Both the position numbers and the translations under genes were made by a program. The notes under the pieces are model-generated. The model was given only the letters and a program-made list of their open reading frames with translations. It had not been told where the DNA came from and did not search any database. 64,000 nucleotides of DNA, taken from the IMG/VR virus record IMGVR_UViG_3300030329_003010. The stretch is one strand, 5' to 3'. Origin of the DNA: an uncultured virus (IMG/VR IMGVR_UViG_3300030329_003010). Taxonomy: Duplodnaviria > Heunggongvirae > Uroviricota > Caudoviricetes. Below are positions 59,960 to 64,000 of this stretch, piece by piece. Each line of letters starts with the position of its first letter. Position 1 is the stretch's first letter.

Positions 59960-60336
59960 GTTTTTGTAACCGGAGGTAATAAGTATGTGTAGAATTTGTA
60001 AACAATGGGTGAAAGGTTATTCTTATGAAAATGGCTCCTTTAGAGGTCAACCTAAATTTTGGGATGGTATCTGTACAAATTGCGGTAGAGATGAAAGTTG
60101 ATTTTGTAACCGTTTTTGTAACCTATCTCTGTACGTTTTTGTAACTCTGTATCTCTCTGTATCTCTGTACGTTTTTGTAACCGTTTTTGTAACCTGTGCA
60201 ATTTTGTTTTTGTAACCGAAGGCGCGTAGCGCGGACCCCGATACCACTTGAGATGCAGGTATATAATCATATGTTTTTGTAACCCATAAGGGTGCTTTTC
60301 CGAAACATATATATGCTGTGGTCCCCTCCCATTAAA

Positions 60337-60445
60337 TAGAGGAGGAGGAAGCGAGAACAGACCACTTGCGGAAGGTCGAAATTGAAAGGAGGATAGCACC
60401 GAGTAAAGGAGAGCCGTAAGAAGAACAGTCATAAGCAGTTTTTGT
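60337..60445 (+). ncRNA. Candidate purine-rich small RNA with multiple GGA/GGAGG motifs
   Basis: BRE/TATA CCGAAACATATATAT at 60300-60314; no ATG downstream; ends at a T-tract. Confidence 0.35.
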
Positions 60446-60822
60446 AACCTAGTCCCACACCCCCCCGTAACCAATAAGACCTAACTACTTGCTTTTGTAA
60501 CCGGCTGCTATACCAACCACGGCGAAGTCACTGGGCTACGGGATAAGGGGGGGCGTGAAACTTTTTTTGTAACCCAGTTTTTGTAACTGGGTTATTTTTT
60601 TTGTAACCTAGAATGTTTTTGTAACCCACACTCTCTGTGTGTTTTTGTAACCTAATTTCTCTCTGTGTGTTTTTGTAACCCACACTCTCTGTTTGTTTTT
60701 GTAACCCAAGACGCGAAGCGTAAAAAATGTTTTTGTAACCCATTATGTACAAAAACAAAATTGTTTTTGTAACCTATAACTACAATCCAAACATATATAA
60801 GGGGACACCCTATCCGACAAAT

Positions 60823-61302
60823 ATGGGTACTAGATGTAACATACGAATAACAGATGAACGAGATGAATTATGGTTTTACCGTCATTATGACGGTTATCCC
60901 GATATGATTATACCGGATTTGGCCCCGTTAATGGAAGCCTTGCAGAATGGTCATGTTCGCGATAATGTTGGCCAATTTAGCGGTTGGTTAATAGTAATCG
61001 GAAATAAGGATATGTGGAGCAATAGAAGCCTCCCAACAGGTAGAATGCGCGAGGGTGGTTATTCAGCATGGAAATGCGGAAACTATGAGCCAACAACAGG
61101 CAGACACGGAGACATAGACTTCCTTTATCATATCGACCTAGTTCAAAAAACTATGACGGTTTACAACGGATGGACCGGAGAAGAAGAAGATTTGGCTAAA
61201 TTTTTTCCCCATGAAGTTATAGAGTGTTATCCCTATATCTCCTATCTTGATTTTGTAACCAACGAAAATTCTTATGGATATGAAGGTTGTAATTGGTCGT
61301 GA
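60823..61302 (+). CDS. Conserved viral protein with Y-x-H-x-DGYP motif
   Basis: MGTRCNI...FYRHYDGYP; start moved to the leaderless ATG 60823. Confidence 0.75.
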   Translation: MGTRCNIRITDERDELWFYRHYDGYPDMIIPDLAPLMEALQNGHVRDNVGQFSGWLIVIGNKDMWSNRSLPTGRMREGGYSAWKCGNYEPTTGRHGDIDFLYHIDLVQKTMTVYNGWTGEEEDLAKFFPHEVIECYPYISYLDFVTNENSYGYEGCNWS

Positions 61303-61463
61303 TTTTGTAACCGTTTTTGTAACTCTCTCTCTTTAGTTTTTGTAACCAAAACTTTTTTTGTTTTTGTAACCGAATATTTCCTAGCACTGGCTACAAAAAC
61401 AATTGTTTTTGTAACCCCATAACTTAACGAAACATATATAAGCGGAGGCTACATCTCACAAAT

Positions 61464-61655
61464 ATGGAGCATTACCGTAACCATATGGTATCGAACAGGA
61501 GATACCACAAAGAACGACGTTTGAACGCCAAGAAGCAGAAGAAAGCACTAGAGAAGGCCAAAGAGTCCACTCAAGTAGCCATGAAATTCGCATTCGCTAC
61601 ACGAAGCATATGCCTAAAATACGGCTACCGCTTAGAAAAGGAGGTTGAAGTTTAA
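61464..61655 (+). CDS. Small basic protein
   Basis: Leaderless after TATA. Confidence 0.65.
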   Translation: MEHYRNHMVSNRRYHKERRLNAKKQKKALEKAKESTQVAMKFAFATRSICLKYGYRLEKEVEV

Positions 61656-61852
61656 TGTGCGAAAAATGTAAAAACGACGATGGATTGAAAGAGCATTTGA
61701 GGATTAAAGATGAGTCACTAACTAACGGCTTGATTTATTGGTTCTGTCCCGATTGTGGTAGAATAGACAAACCATATCATGATAGATTCAATAAGTTAGG
61801 GTTCGGAGTATGGATATGGGGTTCGCCCGATTGGATGATTCATGATGAATGA
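61655..61852 (+). CDS. Zn-finger microprotein
   Basis: CEKC...CPDC; GGAGG RBS. Confidence 0.65.
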   Translation: MCEKCKNDDGLKEHLRIKDESLTNGLIYWFCPDCGRIDKPYHDRFNKLGFGVWIWGSPDWMIHDE

Positions 61853-61972
61853 TTTTGTAACCCTTTCTCTGTATGTTTTTGTAACCGAGGGATAAATATG
61901 TTTTTCATTTTTGTTTTTGTAACCGGACTACTCATTCCAAACCATTATATACCCGCACCACTTCGTAGGGGT

Positions 61973-62146
61973 ATGAGCGAACAACACGACGCACACGTTA
62001 GAACATGGAAGCAATTTTGGAATGAATACTTCAATAATATGATGGATGAAGAAATATCAGAAGAAGAAGAAAGGAAAATGATGGAAGCAGACCTAGCATT
62101 AGACCGCCACCTACAAAGAATAGAAGATTCTTACGGAGAGTATTGA
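61973..62146 (+). CDS. Small acidic protein
   Basis: Start moved to the leaderless ATG 61973. Confidence 0.6.
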   Translation: MSEQHDAHVRTWKQFWNEYFNNMMDEEISEEEERKMMEADLALDRHLQRIEDSYGEY

Positions 62147-62147
62147 A

Positions 62148-62339
62148 ATGAGCAAACCATTGTTTTTTGTAACCCCCAACGCACCTAAAGGTCGGGCCTG
62201 TATTTGGACAGACAAAGCCCAACGCACTAGAGACGCACAAATCAAGGCACTAATCCCATTGGCCCATAATGGCAACGTAGAGGCCATGCAAGCCCTTCGA
62301 CTTGTCCTTTGGACTAATGTAGTAGCGGGTGCAGTTTAA
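62148..62339 (+). CDS. Small hypothetical protein
   Basis: GGAG RBS; motif B follows the stop. Confidence 0.6.
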   Translation: MSKPLFFVTPNAPKGRACIWTDKAQRTRDAQIKALIPLAHNGNVEAMQALRLVLWTNVVAGAV

Positions 62340-62414
62340 GTTTTTGTAACCAGAGGATAAATCACGACTATTATATACTGCCTACTACTAGGGTCAATCA
62401 AGAAGGGTGCGAAT

Positions 62415-62690
62415 ATGGATATAGAAGTAAAATATAACGGAAAGAGTTGGGAGCCGAGAGTAACAAAATACAAGGTAGTTATGGGTAACTTTCATGGCCG
62501 AATGGATAAACACAACGGCCAGTTCGTTCATCTTGATTTGTTTTTGAGTCTTGGGGAACAAGATTTGCAGGTTTATTATGGAAATATAGTCGCTAATAAC
62601 AACAAAGAATTGAAGGAAATAATCGAGGAAAAGATAAGCGAGTTCAAGCCTTTTGTAACTAAGTTATATGAGTTTATGATGAACTTGTGA
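62415..62690 (+). CDS. Hypothetical protein
   Basis: TATA at 62370; motif B follows the stop. Confidence 0.65.
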   Translation: MDIEVKYNGKSWEPRVTKYKVVMGNFHGRMDKHNGQFVHLDLFLSLGEQDLQVYYGNIVANNNKELKEIIEEKISEFKPFVTKLYEFMMNL

Positions 62691-62927
62691 TTTTGTAACC
62701 GGCGTTTTTGTAACCCTCTTTGTAACCGGTGTTTTTGTAACTCGTTTTCTTTTTTTTGTTTTTGTAACCCATGTTTTGTTAATCCTTGTGGGTACAAAAA
62801 CATTTTTGTTTTTGTAACCCTAGTTATTTTTTTGCTCGCGCAACGGTTACAAAAGCGTTGTTGGGTTACAAAAACAATATTATTGGGTAATCGTTGGGTT
62901 TATATACGAACACCCTATCCGACAAAC

Positions 62928-63113
62928 ATGAACGTACGACTATCGAACGACAAAGGAATGACTGTCCATTACATCAAGGCCCGAAGGTTGCTTATCAGAA
63001 CCAATAACGGCGTACGAGATGTGACGACATTAGACGACCAACAAGCCCACGCTTTTGAAACCTTAGTGCTTCAAAACCGCTTCAAGGGCTGCACTATTGA
63101 GGTATTAGCATGA
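62928..63113 (+). CDS. Small hypothetical protein
   Basis: Start moved to the leaderless ATG 62928. Confidence 0.6.
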   Translation: MNVRLSNDKGMTVHYIKARRLLIRTNNGVRDVTTLDDQQAHAFETLVLQNRFKGCTIEVLA

Positions 63114-63538
63114 ACGAAAGAGCATACCACACGAATGAAATTATTGACTTGACCATTGAAAACGGCGGAGGCACTTGGCTAAGAGTAGGCATGGGTGTTT
63201 TTGTAACCCCGAATTCTAATGATAGGTATGTCTTAGCCGCTTATGATGGCGACGGCTTAGTTATCCCTAATTTCATGAGTCAACCAATTGATTTTGTAAC
63301 CCAACTTGTTGATTGGTTTGCATCACAACAAAACAGCCGAATATACACAAACAGTGGTTTTTGTAACCAAGTTGTAAACGCTCATTTTGGAACTTGGGTT
63401 CGTGGTGATGATTTAGTGCTTGATATTGTGGAACTAGAAAATGATTTTGTAACCGCGATGGAAAAAGCGAGAGAGCGAAATCAAAATGCAATCTTTGACC
63501 TAGTAGAGATGAAAGAGGTTTTTGTAACCGAGGAGTAA
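63110..63538 (+). CDS. Possible SAM-lyase-like (T3 SAMase/DUF3293-related) protein
   Basis: GTW...LVLDIV...AMEKARERNQNAIFDL pattern. Confidence 0.4.
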   Translation: MNERAYHTNEIIDLTIENGGGTWLRVGMGVFVTPNSNDRYVLAAYDGDGLVIPNFMSQPIDFVTQLVDWFASQQNSRIYTNSGFCNQVVNAHFGTWVRGDDLVLDIVELENDFVTAMEKARERNQNAIFDLVEMKEVFVTEE

Positions 63539-63716
63539 ATGCTTTTGTAACCGAGGTTTTTGTAACCTCTCTCTCTTTGTTTTTGTAACCAAGAGATTTG
63601 TGTTTTTGTAACCCGTTTGTTTTTGTAACTTAACGTCGTGGCCACAAAAACAAAATTGTTTTTGTAACCTAAACGATAATCGCTACCTTTATATACGCAC
63701 ACCCTATCCCGTAAAC

Positions 63717-63845
63717 ATGAACTACACAGATAACGAATACGGTTTCCATTGTGGAAACCCTGTATGTACACGAAATTGTTTTGCTTGTGCGAACCGCTTG
63801 ACCATAATATATGGCCAATGGGTCGAAGTACCGGAGTTGATTTAA
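63717..63845 (+). CDS. 42-aa Cys-rich microprotein
   Basis: Hand translation; CGNPVC...CFAC; leaderless promoter. Confidence 0.55.
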   Translation: MNYTDNEYGFHCGNPVCTRNCFACANRLTIIYGQWVEVPELI

Positions 63846-63847
63846 AC

Positions 63848-64000
63848 ATGAACAACAGACAACGATTGATAAATGAATTAAAGAAAGCAGACGGTAAAGC
63901 GTTTGATACCTTAAGAAAAGAATTCAAAGAGGCGAATAATGAACAAATGGTCGGCTTTATGGATTGGATGGAGCGCACTCAAGGCAAAGGTTACGCGGTG
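63848..64000 (+). CDS. Truncated ORF running off the window
   Basis: MNNRQRLINELKK... open to the window end. Confidence 0.5.
   Translation, partial: MNNRQRLINELKKADGKAFDTLRKEFKEANNEQMVGFMDWMERTQGKGYAV

Larger units (their letters stand above)
55620..63670. repeat. Dispersed high-copy motif GTTTTTGTAACC (about 80 copies)
   Basis: Hand count of TTTGTAAC/GTTACAAA cores: about 69 on + and 13 on -; clustered in intergenic gaps and also inside ORFs. Confidence 0.95.
60793..63719 (+). promoter_or_regulatory. Rightward leaderless promoters; three share TATA-N-CACCCTATCCS-N-AAAYATG
   Basis: TATA boxes at 60793, 61434, 61944, 62370, 62899, 63688; shared CACCCTATCC at 60806, 62911, 63700. Confidence 0.75.

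Noticed and set aside
55620..63670. CRISPR array interpretation of the GTTTTTGTAACC repeats (they resemble the start of some type II repeats)
   Set aside because: Repeat is only 11-12 bp, spacing is irregular (0 to hundreds of bp), orientation is mixed, copies lie inside ORFs and there is no cas operon
56107..63978. Track ORFs rich in LQK/VTK/GYK/FCN (56107, 58422, 58627, 60047, 60052, 60528, 62576, 63273, 63481)
   Set aside because: They are translations of the repeat motif, lack RBS or promoters, and several lie antisense to better genes
1..64000. Alternative genetic code, DGR/reverse transcriptase, or integrase/att site
   Set aside because: Long genes are intact under the standard code with TAA, TAG and TGA all used as stops; no RT or tyrosine/serine recombinase motifs were found

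Overview
The window is most of the genome of a tailed (siphovirus-like, HK97-fold) archaeal dsDNA virus, most likely a magrovirus infecting Marine Group II Euryarchaeota (Poseidoniales). The host call is inferred from the archaeal-type replisome, TATA promoters, GGTGA/GGAGG ribosome-binding sites and a GCTD-x-NY-x-DDGSC repeat protein. Layout: (i) packaging on the minus strand (0.4-3.8 kb); (ii) morphogenesis on the plus strand (4.0-30.2 kb): portal, protease/scaffold, capsid, neck, tail tube, frameshifted tail chaperones, tape measure and a 2494-aa tail protein; (iii) replication on the minus strand (30.1-46 kb): ERCC4 nuclease, AEP primase, Cas4-like nuclease, PolB, PCNA-like clamp, ATPase, SSB, RFC, MCM-like helicase; (iv) a divergent 'early' region of small ORFs (46-64 kb). 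The most unusual signal is non-coding. About 80 copies (hand count) of an 11-12 bp motif GTTTTTGTAACC saturate 55.6-63.7 kb. They cluster between promoter-gene cassettes, follow stop codons, sit 17-19 bp upstream of TATA boxes and are written into coding sequence as 'FVT'. A second 18-19 bp motif (CCTWACRRACCCGCYAYCG) sits directly upstream of ten leftward TATA boxes. The window also holds several candidate structured ncRNAs, duplicated origin-like palindromes and five paralogous wHTH proteins that could read these sites. All family assignments come from motif recognition by eye, not database searches.
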